Positions 50,386 through 62,071 of a stretch of 64,000 bases of DNA are shown here, one piece after another; the first letter of the stretch is position 1, and each line of letters begins with the position of its first letter. Origin of the DNA: Phoronis australis (lineage: Eukaryota > Animalia > Phoronida); contig NMRA01000246.1 of the NCBI GenBank assembly GCA_002633005.1, positions 425,856 to 489,855 of the forward strand, read 5' to 3'. The notes beneath the pieces were generated by a model, which saw only the letters and a list, made by a program, of their open reading frames with translations, had not been told where the DNA came from and made no database searches. The translations under genes were made by a program, and so were the position numbers.

Positions 50386-52120
50386 CAGAGGGACAATTTA
50401 CGGCGTGCGTGGCCAAATCGTGTGGAGTTGGAGGACCACCTGAAAACGATGAAACCCAAGAGAGAAAAAGGCTTTCTGATAGGAAATTCAGCCGTAACTA
50501 GTAATTCGTTGGATTTAGAATGTAATAGCATTGGAATCGTGAGATGTGAGTGATGTATGAAATTCTTTTGTATGATCCCACGTGCCGTGCCAGTCAAAGT
50601 TGGCTGCAAGGCCGATTCCGATTTTCTACTTGCCGTCGAAACTGAATACAAAGTGCAAATATGTTTTAAGTTGGCGTTAATGTATTCCAATTTATTTTGA
50701 CATTTTTCATATTTTATTTTGTTAAAAAGTCTTGTTTTGACCGATTCGAGTTTTGCAGTTCTAGAGAGAAGAGGTCACGTGACCGGTCCTGAGTGATTAA
50801 TTGGTCTAATCCATTGTTTACAAATTCTGCCAACCTATTTTCAGGATCCTGGTATTTATTTCTTGTGAAAAATGAGTCACATAGTTAGTTCTACACCAGC
50901 GTGGCTTATGAACTGAACAATAAACTCCTGTAATTACTGCACGTTTGGCCAACTTAAGATTGTGATTGATGTATTCTATAGTTTAAAGTATGTTGTTTTA
51001 CGACTTTCATTTTTCCATGCTAACAGTTGCGGAATGAGCCACAGGTTTTCGTCTTGACTTTTCCCATTTGCGGTGGAGATAATTTTTTGTTGGAATTAAA
51101 TGTGTATGGATTTCAGGCTTTCCAGATAATCTCTGGATCGATTTTCCAAATATTTTTTTATAATTTTGTATCGGAATTATATGAACTGAAAATAATTTTA
51201 TGGGTCTCTCTGCAGAAAATCGAGAACAAGCTTCTGAGACTCACACTGCAAATGTTGCTTCATTATTTTTGTTTTAATTTTAAAAAATCTTTTGTTGAAT
51301 CTAATTGCCTTCATAATTGTTGTTGAAATAGATGTCAGGTACTGCTACAATCCTCCCCCCGCACTAAAGATGAGTGCGTTTTACCAACATGAACAGTTAC
51401 ATGACATCTTGTGATACTAATGTTTACTTTTGACCTGCTGAGGTATGATTGTTTAGATTGCAATGTGTATTTGGGGCAGTAAAAAAATTTCCACTTTTTT
51501 GTCATGTGTCATTCCAAGACATGTAGACTGTGAGTGAATTAAAATCGAAGATACGATCGTCTTAGCTAGGGCATCAGAAACGAAACGGGTCCCTGGTTCC
51601 GTGACATGGACTCTTTGCATGATGTTTTGCGAAGAATGGAGAGTAGTGTAAATAGTCGTATATGCTTAAATAGTGAATAATGAGCCTCAGCAACTGTGCA
51701 AGTACATACAGGACTACAATATTCTAATCGCTATACTGTGCGTACATATAGATGTGATGGTTGTGACGTATTCAACTGTTTAGGTTTAAAAGGGACTATT
51801 GGTAACGCGGACTCTCGAAGAAAGGCTTTCAATTGCTTTTCTGTCGCGCAGCTCCAATGAGAACAGCATCGACGTCAGGATGGATAATTCGCTCGCGAGC
51901 GCCCTCGTTGTTACTTTGTTGCTGGGTTTTTGCTCTTCTAACTGCTAGACAAGTGCGCGCCCATATTTACTGATACTGAACTGGTGGGTTTTCGATTAGT
52001 AATTCAAAACAAAGCGATGGTATCGAACCCTTGTTTATACCCAAAATTCAAACCAAGCTATCTACATGCGTCAGAGATTGCCAGTGTGCCAGAGGGAAAC
52101 GTTTCTCAGATGTACAGTCA

Positions 52121-55100
52121 TTACTTTCCTTTCTTTTTCCTTGCCACCATCGCCGCTCTTATCTTTTCTTTTTCTATATCGGAGTAATCGAATATTTGAA
52201 TGATTGCCCTCAAGTGCTCGTCTCTGTCTTTAGCGTCTGTTAAGTAGTGGAGCATGGCATCTTTAAGAAACGACAGCGTGACTTCTGGCTCGGTTTTCGG
52301 CAACTCGAATGATTGGTAGGATTCGTCTCTCTTGATTGTTTGCCATTTTTCCAGTTCATGTTCGGTATTCATGAGTTTCTCTAGTAGTTCTCTGACAGTC
52401 ACACTCTGTGGATTGCGCGAGGCAAGTCTTTCAAGCTGAAACATAAGGATATCTTAAACACAAATGCCAGGGAGATTCAACAAAGATATTAGATCGTTGG
52501 CCGCTAGTGACTTGGGTAATTAAATATGCCGTTTTTCTGTTTTGTAATTTAAAATGGTTGGTCGTTCATTACGGCTCCAGGGATAACTACATTCTGCACA
52601 ACAGAGCTGGCTGATAGTCTTTTGCTAAAGATGCATGCTACATAAACCCGCCAAAAATGAGTAATTTGAATTAGACTGTTAACTCTTCGTTATAGTTAGA
52701 TTGTTCCTTAGTCAGTGCCTTGGGCAACTCGTTATTTCTTGTCTAGCCAGGCCGGGCTGATTAAGACCGTTTTCACTTACAATTAAACTATCATAGTTAA
52801 CCAGAAATCAGTTGAAAAAACATACGTACTGAAGCAAGGTTGTGGACAATATGTCCATGCCACGCGGCCATTAACGCCACAAGTTTGTGAAAAATAAGAA
52901 TCAAATAAGCTGACGTACTTGTACATAAAAACAACGTAATCAACCATCTGAAGGCTGCCATCTTGTGACTACAATAACCAGCTAGTTCGCCATTATAATC
53001 TGGCCATAGTCAAACTACAAGGTCATTGGTTCGACCATTTTGGTCGACTGCATGAGTTCATGATTACTTGGAACTCTGGTGATCAAAGTTCGAACTATTG
53101 TTTCACCTGAGAATGGCCTAAGTTGACTCGTCTACCTGGCTCGTCATTTGATATCCCAGGTATTGATTGAAGGTTTGTTTACAGTTTCAATACTAAGTCA
53201 AATTTTGCCTTTATTACAAATCGAGAGTGAACTTGATCTACATTGAATTTTCAGCGTTATCGAAAATAAAAGGGGTCGTTTCATGCAACGCCCCTAATTG
53301 AAGAACTAAGTCCTTATTTGTTTTCCATGAAATCAGGGCTCAGGTTTTAGTAATATTATTAGAAAATGTCATTAGTCAAAGAGGAGCTCATGATGGAACG
53401 ATAGAAAAAGATTACATATGTCAGCAAAGGAAGACACAGATAGGCAAAAGATTTAGGGAACTTAGTGGAGTTCCTATTTGGGACTATTTTAGTGGCGGAT
53501 TTAGGGGGGGGGCAAGAGGGCCATGTCCCCTCCCCTAAAATTCTCCCAGATACCATTTGGCAATTCGGGTGCGAATTGCTGACTAGCATATGCGTGCACC
53601 CAGGGGGGGGGGCTCGGGGGGCGAATGCACGCTGCATAGGCCTTGAAGAAACCCCGTTTACCGTGTTTTTTTTCTTTTTTGGTAATAAGGTCCACAAACC
53701 CAGACATTCGAGACCCCTGCATGAATACATTTTAGGCTGGACGCGCGCATATGACAAAATTCTGGTTATTCCTGTTGCCCTGCCCCCCAACTCAAAATCC
53801 TGGATCCGCCCTTGTATTTCATGCAACTGGGCACTGAGGTCTGTTTGCATGGCTAGTAAATTTTCAGTGCGAATCATAACTTTCGGTTTTGTTTTTGGAA
53901 AATCCCATTGCATTATATAATTAATTATCATTTTATAGTAGCCCTCACTTCTTCCATTCGTTCAAAGTTGGCAGCATTCTTTCCTTTTAAGTACATTTCT
54001 AGGTAGAGTTGCTGATGCTGTTTCTCCTTTTTGTCAATTTCTTCCTGAAATAGAGATAACACGTGACCCGTTCAAGTAACCTTTTAAGTCTTGACGAAGG
54101 ATTATTCAGAAATTGTTGCACTTGGGTTTCCGACCATGCTAATATAAGGTTTCAGATTGACATTTTTGTATTCGAATATCCAATATAAAAGTGAGCAGAT
54201 GTTCTATCGGCTCCTGGCAGACTGCACACGCACAACTTTAGTCACTGTTTACATAGAGCTCGGAATAAAACAAATACTTTTTGCTATCTTGGGGCCAACC
54301 GAGTAGCGATTAATTGTAAACCGGCTATAAAAAAAATATGTTCAATGGAACATGGTAGTAAAAAGATGTGCACGATATCTTTGGGACTGTTTTGATACCC
54401 ATTGTTACACTCAAATACTTCGCAAAAACTATTAAGCCGGCGACCACAGAGCCATTTACAAACATTGCCGCAGGCGTGCATTCCACACGATCTGATGTTG
54501 TACATGTATTTTAATGTTGAATAAATGTTGGTACATGGTTGAGCTCTTCATTGCTTGCTTAGTAACATTGCCGGTTAAATATATAAAGCATGGCTGTAGG
54601 CAGAAACTTTACTTGAGGCCAGTAAAGTATAATGGGTTCTGGTCGCAATTTTTTGAAAATCGAATCGGTAGTGCGATATTTTTAGTTGCTCATTTTTTTC
54701 AAAAATGAAAATTCACCTGAGGCCACAAAGCTTTGACTTATTTTGATGTGGGTGTACGTTTTTTAGTCAGTGAGCGTAGCTCTCAAAATGAATCGGGTAA
54801 AGACAGGGACCAACTTTTTGGCCTTATCAAGTCACAGCATGTTTATAAACTGAGTTATTTTCTTCCGAATTAGAAACTTGACGACAAGCCAAATGTCAGA
54901 AAATCACGAGAACAGTCGAAGACATCGACATCAATCATTGGTTAATCAGTTTCTTAAATAAGTGCATAATCAGGTGTTTGTACGAAAAATCAATTGGCGT
55001 GCAAAAATGCAGCCGGCCTAAGCCTTTCTCTCTATAATAAAGTTAATAGGCTTACGCCATAAAGAGTGTACAGAGGGTGACCGGTGATAAAGTGAATTTT

Positions 55101-55972
55101 GTCAGGGCGTGAATTGGGTCTAGCTGTGGTGTCGTAGTCATAAAGAACGTACATACATGACAACCGTTTTTGACTGATAAAAAGGCAACTTTTCAAAAAT
55201 ATTTCACTCAGATGATTTGTTCTTCAGGCAGTCAGTTTGAAAATCTCAGTACTTTATCAATTATCCAACACTCTCCTCTATTTATTGTCTGCAACTCCTG
55301 TAAGACGGGTGATTACATTCCTACCTGTAGTTTCTTAATTGTGAGATGTAGGCACGCGATGGTCTCACGAGTTTCTTCTGCACCTTCGCAGCCATCTTTC
55401 AAATTCAAGCGAAGTGCCTCTATCTCTGTTGTCAGCTGCTCAACTCGTTCTCTGTTTTCACGTAGCTCTTGTTCTGTGTCGTGTTGCTTCTTGTCCAGCT
55501 GTTCCTGGCACCACGACTCCTTTTGTTCTACAACCTTTTGCAGGTCACGGACTTGGGCTTTTAGTTCTTTAATTTGCTGCTCTTTTCTCTGTAAAGGTGT
55601 AACATAGTCAACTGCGTTGTGCGCACCACCCTCGCATAAGCCGTGTACGAGGCTATAACGCTTCTTGCTCGCTATTGTGTCTTTGACAATCGGCCCGGAT
55701 GAGTTGCCTCCGTTACACTCCTGTATCACTTCCGGAGTTTCGTTGCAGTCAGAGGCGTCGCCTTCCAAGCTGTCTGCGGGAGGAGTGACGACCGAATCAT
55801 TGACTTCTGACCCAAACGAGCGTGGGCGGGGAAGCTTGGATACGAACGATTTCTTTGACTTAACTGTTTCTGGGCTCTCACCATCGCAGTTCGTTACCTT
55901 AGCTTTAGAGTTCAATTGTTCATCCTTCATAAGAGACCCGGAAGTTTGCGTGTTCTCGTCTTTTCCACTCAT
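52121..55972 (-). CDS. Coiled-coil protein with C-terminal GRIP-like domain (quick-to-court-like), 3 coding exons, ~352 aa
   Basis: Exons 55972-55325, 54044-53949, 52435-52121 (1059 nt, phase 0, GT-AG). Disordered N-terminus, coiled coil (YVTPLQRKEQQIKELK), LYLEMYLKGKNAANFE, GRIP-like EPEVTLSFLKDAMLHYLTD..HLRAIIQIFDYS. An in-frame TGA lies just upstream of the ATG. Confidence 0.8.
53490..53814. mobile_element. G/C-run-rich MITE(s) with (C/T)AG(G/T)GGCGGAT termini, intronic
   Basis: TAGTGGCGGATTTAGGGGGGG ... AAAATCCTGGATCCGCCCTTG, same terminal family as 9784-9935. Confidence 0.65.
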
Positions 55973-57986
55973 TTTAGGTCATGGTCGCCTATTCGCTGTA
56001 AAAGTATACGCGGTCGGTCAATATCGGGTTTTGTTTAATAAATGTTTTTTCTTGGGGATATGTTGCAACGTGGCAGACGTAGATTAGACCAGGTGTTGCG
56101 ACAGCGTACAACAGCTGATATGTTATTTGAAGATACTACATGAAAGAAACACACGAAACCGTGCACCTGTATTGTGAAAAAGTGTCGTGAACTTGTCAAT
56201 TCCTGTTATTGTTGCTGTCATATGACTCACAACTAATGTGACTATTTTAAGTATATATAGTAAGCAAACATGTCTCGCTCTGTTTACTTTCAATGTTTTG
56301 TAACAAAAATAGAGGACACTTAGCTTGCCCAGTGTTACCAACCTGGCTGTTTAAGTATAAGTTTCCACGATCGATTTTATAATTGTAACATCGCATTTTT
56401 CAGTAATAAATAATTTACATTTAAACCGGGTGTAAACGAGTCACGTACGTTGCTCATTGTCTGCTGGTACAGTGTACCTGGTGAATAATACTGGCTGACA
56501 CTATATAGCCTGAAATGGGCTCGGTGCGGTGTGCTGTGACAATATGTATATACGAATGTCTCGAGGACTGGTGCAGCTATGCAAAGGAGATATAGCCAAC
56601 ATAAACTGAGTTACTTGACTTATAGAATCTTCCTTCGTGTTTTCATGCAGCAAGTGCAATGGATGCAAAATAATTCCTAAACATTTTGATTATATGAACA
56701 CGTTTGCCAATGACTCGAGTGCTTTTAAATCATGTTTTGCCTGAAATCCTTCACTGATATTGGGACAATTTTTACCGCATGCACAAATTAATGCATCCGC
56801 TTTCAGACTAAACGGCGACCCTGTTTCTGATAAAATATATTCGTGTACAGTAAAAACACACTGAACTGATAACAGGTGACCCAGCCAAAATCGATATTCA
56901 AGAGAGTTATACGTTACATTCCATGCCAGACTCTAATTTAAGTATAGACCTACGTTGAAAACCCGACATATGCGTAACTAAAAATCCTGCTTCAAAATTA
57001 AAGTAGATCTTCAACACTTCACATCTGTTACAAACAATTACAAATAGGCTTACAAGGTATATATGAATGCTTACAATGAAGTGCTTGCCAAACCTCGTCT
57101 AGTAGACTGTCGAGGCGCTTAATCCACCAAGAAGCTATTTCCGCTGCAGCAACGCCACTTCGAAACAGCTGTTGTACTTGATTTTATAAACGGGTCGATT
57201 GATCGTTATTAAAATATTCTCGTATCTGTTGCCCAGAGCGGTCGAGCCAATATCTTAGTGGTCGAACCGAGGAGTGAACAGCGCGCGTAGTATAACTATA
57301 ACTTTACATGAGTGACAACATATGCCAAGAAGCGGGACAATATTCGCAGTCGATGCATCGAACACAGTCTAGTCGCGGGCAACGAGACGGCGTTCGCGGC
57401 ATATCGGGTATGCACCTGATACGAGGGAGAGACAATATTTGTTGAGTATGACAATATGTGCCAGATTATCATCACTTCTGGCACATATCATCTCGCTCCC
57501 TCTCTCTTTAGCGAAACTGCATGGCTCTACTCTAGGGGCTATCGGCGATGTAATCGCATGGGCAAATTCCGGACAATTACTGATGAGGAACTCTCCCGCT
57601 AGATGAGATTGGTGAGGCGGGTATATTGCCGATCCAGTGTTAGAGCAAAGGAGCTACCGAAAGCTGGGTGGAGTAAATAAAACAATTACTGAAGTACGCC
57701 AAATGTCCCTGGTTGTAAAGTCAACTTGCCCATAATAGAGGCTGGGATCAGGCAAGGCAATTACATCGCCCTGGATACACGCATACCTAGGGCGATAACC
57801 GTGTAAGCCTACAACCCAACAAAAAGTTACGAATTTCAAAATACATGAAATAAAATCAAATAAAACATGCATATATGCACATGGAGTTATAATTAACACA
57901 TACCATTAGTCTGGGTGAGACGAATCAGTCAAATAATTTTAACAAATAGATGAAAATCTGTCGCGGTTTGCTCGAGTTTCACCTAC

Positions 57987-58302
57987 CGGATGCCATTTTG
58001 AAGAAGTTATGTGAAATCGCGCATGTTGACGAATAAAATGTCCAAGGGACACAAATCTTACAAATTTCACCGGAAACCTTCCCATGCTCTTTTGCAAGTG
58101 TCACGCGCCATCTTCACGCGATTCGCCGAGACTCGCGCTAGCCTTTGCCTAACTCACGTGACTCAGTTGAAATACATGTACTTTGTGGTTATTGCGCGCG
58201 TCGGGAAAAAGTTAACGGTGACCAAAAAGTGGAGTCGGAATTCTTCGCCAGAAGTCACCTTATTGTCGTTACTAAGCTTCGAAGATAAGACCACTGAAGA
58301 AA
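57987..58302. promoter_or_regulatory. Candidate CpG-rich bidirectional promoter with divergent first exons
   Basis: CG-rich patch with YY1-like CGCCATCTT (58106-58114). Minus-strand donor CCG|GTAGGT at 57986 points toward the GRIP gene and a plus-strand donor AAA|GTAAGC lies at 58303. Confidence 0.4.
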
Positions 58303-59845
58303 GTAAGCGCTTTTTAAATGATAGATTAAAGTGTAGAATGTATTTTTGACGAGGTGAAAACTCTTAATCGGTGGCCGGATTTGGCCTACCGCCCGTTTAA
58401 AATACACGGGACGAAATTCGTACAGAAAGCGATGGGAAGTATTGTAGCCCCTAACCGGCCAACCGAGGGGCTACGTATTGCCTAGGATCAGGCGTGGTTA
58501 ACATCATTGCCAACTGAACCATGACCACTCCCAGGTCTCAGATTCAACTTGCAACAACCTTTTTGAGCTTTATTGCAATTTACTGAGCCCTTGCTGTCTC
58601 TCAGTGAATCAGCCTATGTGCCAAAAACTCTGGATTAGCAGATTGGACACGTACTTTTTCAACACAGCTGGGAAGGGGGGTGGGCGACGTTATGTGCCGG
58701 TGTTCACCGCACACAAGCATTGTCCGACGCACGCCGGTAACAGACATGCTGTCTGTTGCCCGAGTCGCGACGATATGTGCCGATTATGAAATGTTGGCGG
58801 TTTATGTCGCACTGTCGTACGATAACGATGACATTGTGATCTGTGGAAATCAGTCATGTGCAATACCCGCTTCCAGCCTGTTTCCGTGTTGATTTTCTAG
58901 TACATTCACTATTGTTTGTGCTGTAGATTTTGCATTCTCGAGACAAGCTCACCATTAATACATCTGAGCAAGAATAATAGAGCATGCGAAAGAAAAACCA
59001 TCACCCTTTACCAAATCCTTTATTCTTCAACTATACCCTTGGTCAGCACATTTTAAGTTCTAGACGCTTCACTCCTTTTCATTCCTTTCATTCCTGTTTT
59101 ACATACCCCGTTCTTTCTACTTCGGCCAAGACAGCCTCACAATGCACTTTAAGCTCACTAGAACTCTTGAAACAATAGAATGTAGAAGAGATGTACAAGG
59201 TTAATTATTATTGTAAGCAGCAATATAATGACGTCATTGGCCTATGTCAGTTTCCAACATTTTTGTTCACATGTAGTTCAGACAGTGTCCTTCAAACATG
59301 TCAATGGAACCAAATGCAGAAACAAGCTGAAGGAAACTGACATGCACCAACTGTGCCACTCCTGGAATGTGTGCTTGCTTTGTTAATTAGGGTATCACAG
59401 AACAGAATTAGCATTAGCATTGAAATGTGTCAAGGATTACAGGCAAATTTTACTGAAAACATTACTAGGCCACCAGAGTCAACATATTCAGAATGTTTTG
59501 GATTCAAGGATTAATTTGGGTCCACAGAACATAAAATCAACAAAAAATAGAAATTCACAAACCAAGAAAACACGATCCCACGACCATATGTCTAAAATCC
59601 AAGACAAAATTACAGACTTAAAAAATGGTGAAATTTCACTGTCAAAGATCCCAGTTACAATCAATTTGCCACTGATATAAATTAATCTGTAAAATATTAA
59701 CAGAGCGAAGACAAGTTTCATCAATTAAGGAACATGCATAGCTAGGGTGTGGAAACAGCTTGTCAGAATGCATGTAAAGATGGTGTCAACTATACAGTTA
59801 AAGAGACAACTCATCCGATTTCAGTGACAAAAATATCACTTTTTG

Positions 59846-60103
59846 AATTAGACCAATTGCCGCTATAAAACTAGTCTCAAAATATTCCTTACCAAGAACG
59901 ATCCCTCGGCTTCAGAAGGACTGATAATACATAACTTCTAAGTTGTTGCTGTTGCATCGCAAGAAAGTGAGTGTACATTGTCAAATTATCGATTTCAGTT
60001 CTTAAAACTTGCGTACTGTCAGTTCTTCTGAAATCCAGGGTTCTCTTCTAATCTTGTTACGGAACAGTTTGAGACTAGTTTTATAGCGGCAAGTGGTCTA
60101 ATT
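59846..60103. mobile_element. MITE with ~36 bp terminal inverted repeats
   Basis: AATTAGACCAATTGCCGCTATAAAACTAGTCTCAAA ... TTTGAGACTAGTTTTATAGCGGCAAGTGGTCTAATT, one mismatch. Confidence 0.85.
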
Positions 60104-61981
60104 GATATTTTTGATGCCCGGCCGAAACCTGGTGGATATACAGCAAAATATTCTACCACTAAATGGCAGTCAGGCACCGTTTCAAATAAGACGTGCCGGT
60201 TTGTTTAAAAAACAATTTAAAGTTTTTCAATTGATCGTGTGGATAATTTACAGAAGGATAACAGGGACAACGTCAAACTGATCGGTTGTTTCTGCAATCA
60301 GATAGTCCACTGCGAACGTGTGTTACAACAGTTTGAAGTTCGTTGATGTTAACAAACTTCACGGCACTGTACATGTATGTCCCTCTAAGTACTGGAACAT
60401 GAACTCACCAGTTACTGTGTTTGCAAGCTCCAGCTTGGCAAGACTTGCTTTTGCTTTTCAGCCCCAGCCTGTGTTTTGGGGCCGGTCTTCCATGCCCAGT
60501 TAAATTTCATGACAATCAACTATGTACACTTCAACATCAACAATAGTTTGTCATTGGCAACTTTGGTTTTCTCTTAGCAAACCTCATAAAATGAAACTGT
60601 CCCAAATTCTTTTTCATCATGCAAAAATGTAAGGTGCCAGCCTGCAAATTTTGCTCCAATTTGAGCTTCCAGTGGGTTGTCACATAAACACAAAACTGCG
60701 AGTTTCAAGCTGGTGCTCATCATTTGTTAAATTAGCTCATTACTTTACGAGTCGGTGTTTTGGAATGATGAAAAATGTCGAGTAAAGCTATCAAGGTAAG
60801 GTAATTCAAACCAATTGATTCACTGGTGCTTTAAGCCGACTTCTTTCCCATGAAAAAGTGGTCTCGTCTCAGAACTAGCCTAATTGAGTCATAATTTATG
60901 CTATGTATTTAAAGGGAATTCCATTTTTGGAGGTTTCAGCCTATTAACAGTAATTTAACATTGTTATAGATAATACTGTGAGTCGAGTTTTGATATGTAC
61001 TGTAACTGTTCGGGTTAATTTCCACCCTTGAATTTTAAGAAATTTCACTTTTAACTTCCCACGTTTTGTTGCTTGCGGTCTGACGACCACCCCTTGACTT
61101 TTTGACTTTCTCCAATAGCGCCCTGGACGTTAATCAAAACGGGTATGGTATACATTCATATACTGGACAAACACAAACCAGCTTTGCTTTGAGCGAGGAA
61201 TCGAAGATTCAATTTCTCACCTACGTACATGTAGGTCTTGAATCTCCTCTATCGAAAACAACGGGATCAGTGGCATGTCAACTCATGTCATCTTCTCTAC
61301 TGTTGTTACACAGCCATCCGATCAGTAACTTGCGCTGAGCCGATCTTGTTCCTTTGCGAGCCCATCCACTGAGTCCTACGTGCAGAGTGGCTAGGGCATT
61401 AAATACTTCCTGTTCAAAAGATAAAACGACAAAAGCAGTACAAAATACTAACGCTCTATTTATTCAAAAATTGATCCAAACGAATTTATATCATAGGAGA
61501 TCGACCCGTGTCAACTTATTTCCATGTCCGCGGTCATCTCCAAAACTGGCGCAAGACGTAAGTTGGTTCCATGGAACGGATTTATTCCTTAGTAATGTCT
61601 TTCAAACATTATTTCGTTGAACGTAATCTCTCGGTCCCAACCGATGTGAGCGAGTAAAACAAGAAGTGACACATGAATTCGGCCAAAGGAGTAATCATGT
61701 AATGCTAAGTTTGACTGCTATAATTAAAAAAAATCATGATTTAAATTACAGTTTTCAAAGCTGGCAATGTGTGTGGCCCAGAGTTTCCTATCAAGTCTTA
61801 CCTGATCAATGTCTTGAAGCAGATGGCTTCGATCAAGGATGAGTTCATAGTGAATTCGGTGTCTGAGTGGGGTGAGTCAAGTTGAGCGGAGTTGGTGTTC
61901 ACCATGGAAAGGTTGAGGCTGAGACTGGAGGTGTATCATCCTCACTGAAGCTTTTTTGTCTTCCGAAGGGTTGTCACACCG

Positions 61982-62071
61982 TCATCGTCAAACCGATTCT
62001 CATTGTCAACCCGATTCTCATCGTCTAACCGACTCTCGTCGTCAAACCGACTCTCGTCGTCAAACTGATGA
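61982..62071. repeat. 18 bp minisatellite (5 clear units, more degenerate copies to ~62128)
   Basis: Consensus TCRTCGTCAAACCGA(C/T)TC. On the minus strand each unit reads as RFDDES-like hexapeptides. Confidence 0.85.

Noticed and set aside
53359-53931. 190 aa and 151 aa overlapping ORFs
   Set aside because: They run through a GC-rich MITE inside an intron and have no protein-like composition.
55170-56087. Plus-strand ORFs of 145 and 140 aa
   Set aside because: Antisense shadows of the GRIP-protein exon.
58444-58474. 9 bp GC hairpin GTAGCCCCT...AGGGGCTAC
   Set aside because: Isolated, and probably a transposon subterminal palindrome; no further support.
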